64,000 nt of DNA from Phoronis australis (lineage: Eukaryota; Animalia; Phoronida). Position 1 is the stretch's first letter, and each line of letters opens with the position of its first letter. The translations under genes and the position numbers were made by a program. The stretch lies in the NCBI GenBank assembly GCA_002633005.1, contig NMRA01000034.1:1235207-1299206 (forward strand). The letters run 5' to 3'. The notes beneath the pieces are model-generated. The model saw nothing but the letters and a program-made list of their open reading frames with translations, was not told the DNA's origin and searched no databases. Of the stretch, positions 24,401 to 36,400 are shown one piece after another.

Positions 24401-27400
24401 TTGTACACTTTAACTTTGACTTCTTCCTCGGATATTTTCAATTTTCTTTCAGTCTGTGCTTTTTCAATATTTTCTTTTCTAAAAAAAATAGTGACTAATC
24501 ACAACATCTCAGGCTGGTGTAGACAAAAGAGACACTGCAGGGTTGTTTTCTGTGAAAAATTCATTTTTTGATTCACCGAAGTCGATTTGTTAAAACAATA
24601 AGTTAATTCGCTTTACATTTAAACCTGGCACTGCAGCCAGAATGATCTTCAGTTTCAACCACACATTGCATAAAATTACCATGTGCATGTACTTTGTTTG
24701 CAAATGTTTTTTCTACAAATTTACCACATACATTTGTTGTAACCAGTCCGAGTGGGTGTAAGGGCTTGAGACAAGATGGTTTTTGAATGCTTCATTGGAT
24801 GGGCACCTAAAAATAATCGAGCAGAGCAACATGAAATGACACTGGAACCAACATTTCAAGAGCCTGCAACATTAGCAATAGTGCAAAGGCATGATTTGCA
24901 AAGCGTGATGTAATAATTACAATCAATAGCATAAACATTAACGTACAGTTTGAATTAAACTGTAAACTGGTCCTCCAGTACACTTGTAGCAAACAGACTA
25001 ATATTTTTTCCAAGAACGACCTTAATTCATTGCTATTATCCCTCACCTTTGAATGTCAGTTTCTTACCACAGAAACAAGTCTGAAATTGTCAAACATTGT
25101 TTTCACAGTCAAATTCTGAACTATCCAAACTGGCTGTAAAGCTTAAGTCACGATAATACAAATTAAAACAATTATTATTTCTAAACAATTGCTACTCTCG
25201 CTTTTGTTAACTGAAGTTGTTACTAGTATTACAATATTGTTATTATTACAGTATTTACTTTAACAACAGCAATGCGCCCACCGTGTGCACCGCTTATACA
25301 TGTAGCACATACAGGGGATGATCATCAAACATTCCCACTAAAGGGAGCAAAGCTAGTAAATTCAAAATAGCCTCTGGGGGTGCATAGCATAGCAAGTCAG
25401 CAATGCTCTCCTCAATAGGAACACATCTGCCAAGATCGTAAAAAATGAAATTGCCATTTGGGGCACAATGTTAGTCATATACATCCAAAAGTCGTTGTCA
25501 TCCGTTGTCAGGTTCATAGAAATACATCTGGTCAAATTTCACAAAGATCATGCGATGTTTTAGGAGAAACAGAATTTTTGCGGATGTACAAATTTAAAAG
25601 CAAACCTGCCACTAAGAGGTGCCACAGTAGACAAAAATCATTGTCAGCCATGCTTTTCCCATAAGAAAAATATACAACAATTTTCAAAACGATTGTTAGA
25701 GTGGTTTGGAACACAGAGAGACAGACACCAAGAAGCAGATTCGGAAATAATAAAAACCGCCACTAGAAGGCATAATAATCCATCTGAAAACATGAAGATG
25801 TCGTCGACTCTAATAAAAACAAATTTGCTAATTTCACAAAGATTCTGCAGGGGCGTAGAAGAAACATCTGCAGATACAAAACAAAAGAAAACTGCCACTA
25901 GGATGCGCCACAGTATTCGGAGCCATTCCAAAGCCACTGCCAACAACCCTCTTCCCAGCAGGAATATATAAGCCAATACATAACCATCCTCAGAGTGGTT
26001 CAGTCGATAGGGCCGTGGTCGACAAAATCAGTCAACAAAATATTAAAAACGGCTACTATGTAGTGTGCACTATGTCGACTCCAACTGAAAACGGGAAGAT
26101 GTAATTGCATCTTCAATACAAGCCTATTTTCAAAACTAGTCTTCATAATAATTCTTTAAGGAATAGATGAAAATAGAAAAAATAAAACTACCACTAGGGG
26201 GCACAGAGGTAGTCGGATTTGTCCGAAAGTCGTCACCATCTGTTGTTATCTTCATACAAATACATTTGCCAAGTATATCAACGATCTTGTAGAAGTTCAG
26301 GTAAGGAGATGGACGCAAAAAACAAAACTACCACTAGTAGGCACCACAGTAGTCATAACCACCTGAAAATCATCAACCGCTGCCATCTTCCCAGAAGGAA
26401 CACATATATCAATTTCCATAATCATCTTTAGAGTGGTTTGGTCAACAGAGGGATGGACGACAAAAAACATACTAAAAAAGTAAAAACGACTAAGTGCCGC
26501 AAAATACATCGAATCCCTGCCAAAATGTTGGACGGTGACATCATTTCCTTAATAAGTGCCCAGCTGCCAAATGTCATGAAAATCCGTTCGAAGAGAGAGG
26601 TACACGTAAAACACTAAAATTGCCATGAGGGGGCACACCAGTAGTCAGATCATCCGAAAATTCGCTAATGACGTCCCATCCATGACAGGAACTTTTATCT
26701 GCCAACTTTCATGCACATAACAGGAGACGCAAGACCGACGAACAGGGATGACGGCACAATGCGCCCACGTATAAATATGCGGAACACATAAAAATCAATG
26801 CTCGTCTATAAAACAATGAAAACACAACATCAATATGTATGGTAAATCTAAGAGTAGTATCCTTTGATAACTAAAACTAGCAGTTTCATGAGCAATGCAG
26901 TTAGTTGAAACGTGCCCAGCATGCGCACTGTAAACCACAAAGAGAAAAGAGGTACTTTTTTACGAACATTTCCATGCACTAAACTCTAATGAACTTAAAA
27001 TTGATTCTACAAGGTGTAGTCCTAGCCATTCGACAATGGGCCGTTATAATCTTCGTAGATAATGAGATTGCCGCAATGAAACTTTAGTGCTGTTACAAGG
27101 GGACACTGCAGCAGTCGAATACATCCAATAATTTGTTGACTTACTCGTCTTGTCTAATGCATTTGATATTAATTTCTATTAACAAAGTTTGTCATAAACT
27201 CAATGAACCAAAAACTATTCATTATTGATTAAAAGCTTACACAGCACGTGGACTTGTGGCTTCTAGGGTTACGCTCACGTTGGACATGTCCTTGCAAGTC
27301 CTCTTTTCATCTGAAATCAAGACAGCTTTGCTTTATTAACTCCTTTCTATGCCGCGTCTCTAAAAATACATACACGTCAATCTATGACGCAAAGAGTGGG

Positions 27401-30400
27401 TTTCAAACTGTATCGTTTGCAAAGTCCTACAACATAAAACAGTATTAGGGAAACAAGTTTTCCTGTTTTTCAAGAGCAACATGTGTTGATATGCATGAGA
27501 CCACCATATGCATCGCTAACGGTAAAGTTACAAGGGGTGCTCATTTTTCAATATCTCAAAGGTATTTGGATCCACTTAAAAATCAGCATCAGTTGCGCTC
27601 TCTTTCATGAAAATCCGTCGCAGAACTTGATAGATACTAAAAGCAGACGTAATGACAATTTGCCACTAGGGGGTGCCATAGTAGCCCCATTAGGTAAAAA
27701 AACAACAGCCATGTTTTCTTGAATACAAACATACATGCCAAAGCTCATGAAGAACCATCACTTGAAAAATATTGTGGTATAAACAAAGAACCCAAAAAAT
27801 GCCACAAGGGAAGCACCACACTAGTCAGATCATCTAAAAACAACACCAATCATGCACTCTCTTCATGACAATACATCAAGAAACTTGGTGGGAATTGAGC
27901 ACAGGCACAAAAAAATTGCCATTATGAGGCATCACAGAAGTCAGAATTGTCCGAAAATCAACCACAGCACTGTGCTCTCCTCAATATAATCACGTACATC
28001 AGACTTCTCAAGATCCATAAAAAATCGAGATATTGAGGCAAACACAAAGAAAAACTGCAATTGCCACTTAATAGAGCGCCACAGTAGATGTCTGAAAATT
28101 ACAGTGGGGCACATTCTTTGCAAAATTTCATAATGATCCTTCAACCAGTTTTGCCGGTAAGCCAAACCAAGACTCGAAAATGAAAACCAGCTGCAAAGGG
28201 AAGCACTATATGTCAAGTTCGTCTGAAATAAGGACGGTGTCGTCATCATCTCAAAACAAACACATTTGCCAAATTTCACAAAGGAACTGGGTAGACGCAG
28301 AAACATTATTAAAAAATTAAAAATACCACTCGGAACCACAGTGGTCGTCAGATCCAACTGAAAGTCGTCGTCGTCTGTCATAAGCATCATAGGACCACGC
28401 CTGCCAAATTTCATCAAGATCCTGCAAGGGGCTTTTAGAAGAACAGATACAGCAGCGGATGCTAGATGCACAGACAGAGATGACGGCGATGTGCACCCAC
28501 ACACGTAAATGTGGGCACATAATAGAAAACTGAAACAATGCAGTCTTGCTAAATAAATTACAGACTCAATGCATAACTGTTACTGACCACTGATGCATTG
28601 GATTTCGTCATCTTCATCATCCTCATCATCTATAACAACTATTTCGTCACATTCCCGGGGCTCCGGCTTGGCAAGCTCCTTCTGGACTGGTGCAGACTGT
28701 TTCAATTTTCTGGAACTCTCAGATGCTGGTCAGAGGAAAAGATAAAAAATGAAGGTCACATTAATGACTAAAAAAGTTTTGTGCAAGAAAACAAGGGGAC
28801 ACAGGTGAAAAGTAATTTTAACTGTGAGAGTCGCTGAATGTTCTGCCAACTAAATGAGTCGAAACACAAAAGGAAATTTGTCGTCAGACATGAGAATATA
28901 TTCATAGTTGCATAGCCAAAGACTTGGGAACAAAAACTGCTTTTTTGTAACAGTTGTCGGCAACCTACAAATTCCAGTTTGGCCTTCAGCAATGACAATG
29001 GGTCAGTTCATTCCAAGACCACAAATCTTATCTGAGAAAGAACAAGACCAATTTTATGGCAGGAAGAGTATAAGACAAAAAGGAATAGAAGAATTTAAGG
29101 CAGGTGGATTGGGGTTTCAACTTACATGGAACAGCATTGGTATGAGTGATTGTTACAGGAATCACTTTCTCCTTCCAGAATGCCTTGTTCTTGGGCTGGC
29201 TTTCACTACTTTTGTTGGCAGAGACAAAACTCCTACAAAGTCGCAAATTAGCATGAGAAAAGCAATTACAAAATTTGCAATAGCCAATTGAGTTTTGAGG
29301 AACATGCGATTAAGTTGACTCTGCAGGCTTCTGACAGATCGTAACAAATGATTCCATTTCCGCTTCACCAGGTAATGAGTACATGACGTGTCATTTCCAA
29401 ATTCCAATTCTAATCATATAAACTGGGTGAAATGAAGCTTTAACCAGACAGGAACCAATCAAAAGTTTGGGAATTTCATGTAGAAGACTAGTATAATATG
29501 GCTACTCAAACATTTAATGTTAAACACAGGTCATTTTTCTTGGCCTTCATTGCTTTTACCAAAAACTCAACGTGTCCATTAAACAAACACAAAATACCTG
29601 TGTAATGAGTTTGCAAGTATCATAAAAATGACTGTTGCGAATAAGTAAAATGACTTGTTGTTCCTAGTGAAAAGACTTACAGCTGATTTGAACCGAGAGA
29701 TGTTTGGAGCTGGGAAGTATTCCATGCAGTTGCAGAGGTGGTGTACTGCTGGAGTAGCTGGCGATACAACTCCTTCTCTTTTATGTTTATACTCTAAGCA
29801 ATAAAAGTGGATGAAAAACATTCAGTCCAATGTCTTCTTGTGTGGTCAAGCTGTCCATGATGTGGTGAAAATTTCTCATAACAAAAAACAACTTGTAAAA
29901 GAATTTAGTCTATTGATAGCATGGTTTGTATAACTGGCATCAAAACACTTGAAACTTTTTAGCAATTTGTAGCAATATATAGTAAATCTTGAAAAAATAA
30001 CAAGATCCCATTGTGTGCAGCGCATACAATAAAAATATCACAAATACTCATTTTTTCAAACATTTCTGGAGTAGTCGAATCCATCTGAAAACATCCATTA
30101 GCTTTCCCCAGTGGCAACACACATCAAAGAACTCAAAAATATTTAAGACAGATGCAATGATAATCTGCCACTAGGGGCGCCACAGTATTTAAGTCTTCCT
30201 CAATGCCAACCTGTGAGCCAAATTTAATGAAGATCCGTAAAAAATGGGGTAGATTTTTAGGCAAATGCAACGAAACTACAAATCGCCACAAGCCCAAGAG
30301 AGCACCATAGTTATAGTAAGATTCGTAAAAAACTCCACCAAACAAGCCATACACATGGAAAGCATGGAATGGAAAAATGAAACAGAGACACTGAAGTTCA

Positions 30401-33400
30401 CTACCAGTTAAAGTTCCAATGCATTCCTCAGTGAAATATGATGGTACTCAAGATATAGGTAATGACGTTTTAAGGGTTGTTTTGAAAGATTTGATAACAT
30501 ACCTGAAACATCAACTATTACAATGCAATGAACTTCAGGCTTACCATTTTATTCTTCACAATAACACATAATTTGATCAGTAGTAGTTAGCCAAGCCTGA
30601 AAGTGTAGGCAAAATGATCTCAGCCATGACTTCACATTACAGTGTGCTTGTGTTAGAGCCTACGTACGTTGACAGCAGTTCCGTGATGTTCCCTGCGGTT
30701 GGTGGAGTTATGGATAGACAGTGGACGTGGGTAGGTCTTTTCATAGAGTGAGGTATATGATTTGTTAGTCCTCCAACTAACAGGAGACACAGGCTTCTTA
30801 GGGGTTCTCCACTCTGGCAGTATCCTAGCTGAACTGGACCTCTTGCTGTCTACTGAATGGGGGGTCCCTTGTTTAGTCCTGAAAACACAATTCTTTACAA
30901 TACCAACAGTAAGTCAATTGGAATACTACACAATAAATAAAGTATAACATCAAGACAGTCATGAAATTGTGCATACTATTGGAAATAGGCACATACAAAG
31001 TTTTACTCATATCCAAAAAAATATCTGGGTGACAGTATTCTACATCACAAACTTTTAGGATATTTGTATGTGACTGGGAACTGCACAGTAACGTAAAAAA
31101 GAGCATGTATGTCATGGAAAAAGAAAAACAAAGGAAGAATATTGGTCATAGCTTGCAACCCATTTTTGCAACTTAGAAGGAGACATATTATATTATCATC
31201 AAAACTTAGTAGTGATACAAATGAGCGCTTGAAGTATCAACCTACAGGTCAAAAATTTCAACCTGGAAATCCGATTTTTGAATTGGATAATCTCCATTGA
31301 CAGAACTCTGACTGTACTTCGGGAGCAAGTTTTCTGTTATACAGAATTTGTTGAATACACGACACTTTTCATTGTTCACGGTCTTTATTCCGTTGCGTTC
31401 ATACTTTCTGAACAAAACTCTACTCTCTACTGAACATAGATACAGTAACTGACCTAGCGACATAATTAAAAGACACACGATATTTCGAAACATACTTGTT
31501 TCATTCTCAAGTGAAGATAAAATGACGCNGACAGAACTCTAAAAACAACACAACACAGATCTCATGTTGACCTACCTGGCCCTTATGTCCTGACGACGCC
31601 TGAAGACAGAATGTTTCCCTGCAGTGGAGGTCTTCACAGAGCTGAGAGTTGATTGCCCAGTGACACTGGTAGCAGGTTTGGCACTGCGAGCAACAGGAAC
31701 ATCCAAAGCTGGAACAAGGATGTTACATTAGATTCACAGGTGAATTTTCTCCGACTATTCACATGCGCAACTGGGAGGACAGTCATGCAGAGTTGGTATA
31801 GTTTTTGATTCATGAGATGGGAGGATATTAACTAGCGTATCAACAGAAAGTAATAATCTTTACAAATTTAAGAAATTGACCAAAGGACTGAAGACTAGAC
31901 TTGTTTTCCATATTAGTGGCTAAGACGTTTACAATCTTGAAGGCTTAATCACAGTTTGAGACTTGCCATCATTGAACACCTGAAATACAAAAGCTGAGAA
32001 CCATTTTTGAATTTAGTACTGTATGGTTGCACCACAGTCATCTGTAAGAGCCTGAAACAGTATTGTGTCACTGTGTTTAAGACCCAATAGCAAACGTCAA
32101 GCAACAAATTCTTTGGTATAACAAGAGCATGAAAGCGGCCTAGATTTAACTGATAACAAATTATTTGGAAAAAATAAACTGAGTTGAGATATAATGTATT
32201 CAGTTTGCTTTCATTCATGGTATTCTTCATAACATTGTAGCACCACATCCTACAGCAAGACCGTGGAAATCTAAACGTAATGAGATCACACTATTTTACA
32301 TCAACAGCCACATCACATTCAAAATCTTTATCACCCATTAGCAACAACGCCTATTAGAACGGGGCCCGCTATGTTAGCAAATGGCTCCTGAATGAGCAGA
32401 TCAGTCTTGCAAAGTTGTAAGACACACCGTGCAACTAAGAGTGATTCAATTTCTGGCAACAAAGACCATAAACTCAAACTGTTCTATCTGCAAATCTCTA
32501 GATGATTTCCATCACATGCACCATGAAACTGACTTGGGAGTACAACAAAAAATCCAAACACAGGTCTTTGACTGACCAATGACAAAAAAGAGGAAAACTT
32601 TAATTTCTAGTTGAAACACTGTTCTACAAATTACTAGGCATACTGTGATAGAAATTTTTGAGTTGTAAAATTTAACAGCAAGCAATGTTTTTTGCAAGAA
32701 TAGTCGAAACAATGATAAAAAAGAGATAAAATAGAGGAAACTTGAAATCATATCAGAGAAAATCGAATCCAAACAAGAAGAAATCCTCTTAAAAAGAGGA
32801 AAATTCCAAGCCCTGGAACATGAGAGACACTCACTTTTGCTTTCTTCACCGATATACACTGGCTTCTTTTCCTTTACACCATGTTCCTGAAATCAAAATT
32901 AGGATAAGTATTGGTGAGGAAACTTACTATTTATTAATTGCAGAATAATCCACAAATACAGATTTAAGCAGAAGCCTAAAAACAAGTTAACTGTAGCCAC
33001 TCATAGCTAAGGAGATCAAAATCTTTACCAAATATCGGAAAACATTATGGTTATGAAGGACCCTAGAAAAAGGTCACACGTTTTGGCCAATTTCGGAATA
33101 GCGTATATCAGAAATGGATGATCAGATTCACGTGAAATTTTTAAATATTATGCTTTAAACACTGTTCCGCAAAACAGAATTGTTTTTGAAGTGTTTCACT
33201 TTTGCATGAAGAGCTATCAAAAAATATCATTGATGATTTTTATGAAAGAATTATTAAAGCTGCACATTTAAACAAATTATTAAAGCAATAACAGTGTTTT
33301 TGAGAATTTATCTTAAACATTATGTCATGCAAAATGTAGTCATGCAGCGCTCGATGCTTAGCTTAACTTCACATCGCATTTGGTGACAAAAAAGGTTGTA

Positions 33401-36400
33401 TGGTCATAGCGTGCCCCACTGTGAGTATCTTCGTACTGCTTCAACTTCTACCGGTAAACATGCATTCATTCTCTAACTCAATTCCTCCCGCCAACGAACA
33501 AACATAGAACGCAGACAATCGCATACAATGATGGTGCTTATGTCACCGATCTTGCCCGATTTTTTCCAAACAATTCCGACTTCCATCTGTTTACTTCCTT
33601 TTGTAATTTATTAAGCGCATGTTTGATGTGTGCTGACTGCTGTGGTGCCAAATGCACTGATTTCATGAAACGAAAGGAACAATTGTGAATCGAAGGTAGT
33701 GAATCTGGGAAAACTGTTAGTAATTTAAACTTTGGAAGTCAACACAACTTTAAAACGAACTTAGTACATGGGAAGCACAGACATCTTCGACATTAACATG
33801 GAAATACACACAAATATCTCACAGACCTATAACCTAAATGTTGAACTTGTAACCTCTATCTTGCATATAAAGACTTTTGTTAATGACACATCAAGCTATT
33901 CAGAGAATAAATATGTAGCTAAATAGTGAATCTCCGTCTGTTTGTCTTTCAACAGACAATAAAACAGCTATAACACCTGGGATCATTTCAAAACCTTAAT
34001 CAAAAGGCCCTTCACAGATTTGGTGCTTCTCCAGAAAATGTCATCAAAATCCATCCATGATATTTAGTTAATCTGGTGAATGACTGGCATAAAAAATGCA
34101 TGTCACAGTTGGTGTCCAATTGTGACACTTAATCATTATAATCTAATTACTTTGACAACAGGTACAGGCAGAAAACAAAATTTAAAAACGAACAATGAAT
34201 TGCCTCATGCCTACTCTGCAGTGATTTTCATGCCTTTATCAATTGAATAGGCTGTGTCAGTTGTTCTTATTGTCCTGCATTCATGGCAGATGTACGGAAC
34301 AAATCCGAACGTTATTTCAAATCATACTACCTGATTCCTTTGGTAACCCTCAGGTGGGATATCCTCATGTGATGTAGATCTGTGGGAGAGTCCCCCCTCC
34401 TGGTGAGGGGTGATTACCGCCCGTGTGTGAAAACTATCACGGAAACTTGCCCCCTTCTTCACAACCCATTCCGCCATCTTGCAGAACGGCACTTTGAAAG
34501 CAGACTTGAAGCTTTGGAGAACTGTAAATAATGCATTAATTATTAAATATAGAAAAGATTGCTGCTACTATACAAGCTCCCCAGTGAAAGGACTCCAGCT
34601 CATGTTCAACCCAGTTTTTTATTTTTTCGTTAAAGCAACATTTGCTAACAAACTGCAGCAATTTAAATGAAAATAATATTAGCATTTGGCCAAATTAGAA
34701 GTATAAAGTGAGAAACAAAAACGACAATGATGTTTCGATATTAGTCACATGTTATTCTCAGGCACAATAGTCGGACAGAAGTATCGTAACAGAATAATCA
34801 CTTCACATGACAGTGCATGGCACAACATCTGTTGTGGTAGAATTTCAAGTTGACAGATCTTGTGCCATGCACTGTGATGTGAAGTGATCATTCCGTTACA
34901 ATTCTTTGTTCTGTCTAACTATTGTACCTGAGGATGACATTTGGCTAATATGGAAACGTCATTTTCATGCCGCACTCTAGCATTGTTTTTGTTTTCTACT
35001 TCTTAGTGCTTAATATGTAGATCACCTGCCTTGCTCCTATCAATTCAGCTTCATAAATGAGATTACAAACGGCTGGAAAGTAACCCGTGATGAGCTGACA
35101 TCCCGTACAGGCAGGAGTCGAAAGTGTGATTAACTGACTACTTAGGCCAGACCAACACACCTAATAGCATCATATGTAACAAACTATTTAGGCCCGACCA
35201 TCATACCATATACCACACTTAACAACACAAACTATTTACCAAAGTAACTGTATGCAAACTTACAGTTGGAATCCTGCCTAGGACGCTTTGCTGCATGAAA
35301 TGCATCTGAGTGCGGCTCACTGAAAAGTTCAAAAATGCAAAATCATCAATGCAAACTGAAAATGGCCATACTAACAGCACTCAGCAGCAGATCTTCATTT
35401 TTGAGGACCTAGAAGCTTGATCACCTGCAGTGGTTCTCTCGTTGGCAGAAATAGTAGCCCAACTAGGCTCCACAACTGGCAAGTTACACTACCTCGATAA
35501 GGTAGGGTAATTTGTCACACATGTGTCAAGTTGCTCAGCGGCCCACACTATTGCCAAACCTTTTAGTGTATACAATTACATAGACAACAAATGGCCCCTC
35601 AGATGGCTATGCAGAGGCTACAACAGTTCTCATCCGTTTCTGTACTAATCTCATCCCAAAGCCAAAATACAGTCACCGAATAAGTGGTTTTCACAATAAA
35701 TCTTACACTTAAAATTGTCTCTTGAAAAAGCACTTACTTTCTTCAGTGATCTTTTCTGGTTCTATACCTATCACTCCATGAAGCATTTCTATGGGAACTA
35801 AGATCACTTTAGCGAAGAATTAAAACTCCATTGTTATGGTCCCTTTTAACTTTTTCACCGTGTGCAATAACGACAAAGTATTTCAACTGAGGTCACACGA
35901 GTTAGCAATAACAAGCCAAGATTGAGCGAAGCACTTGAACTGGTGCTTGATATTTGCAAAAAGTAGCATGGGACGATATCTGGTGGAATTTTTAAGATTT
36001 GTGCCCCTTGAACTTTTTGCGTAACTTCTTCCAAATGGCACCAGGTGAGGGAAGCTCAAGTGAACTACAACAGATTTTCATGGATATGTTCAAGTTATGA
36101 TGACTAAATCATCTCCAGAGTCATGCTATATACACGCATTGTGTTAAATATAACTCAATGGGTATGTGTATATGTTTCATTAAATAATGATATAACTCAA
36201 TGGGTATGTGTATATGTTTCATTAAATAATGATATAACTCAATGGGTATGTGTATATGTTTCATTAAATAATGATATAACTCAATGGGTATGTGTATATG
36301 TTTCATTAAATAATGACAATATTCGCTGTATTTTGAAATGAGTAACTTTTTATGAGGTATGCTATCACCTGTGCACATCTGTGGCATCCACAGCAACGTA

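Noticed and set aside
27941-28504. 187-aa ORF, the longest in the track
   Set aside because: Lies in a HINE-like repeat, has a non-ATG start and shows no recognisable domain.
35070-35125. V-domain SINE core fragment
   Set aside because: Only ~50 bp of loose resemblance, too weak to call without a search.
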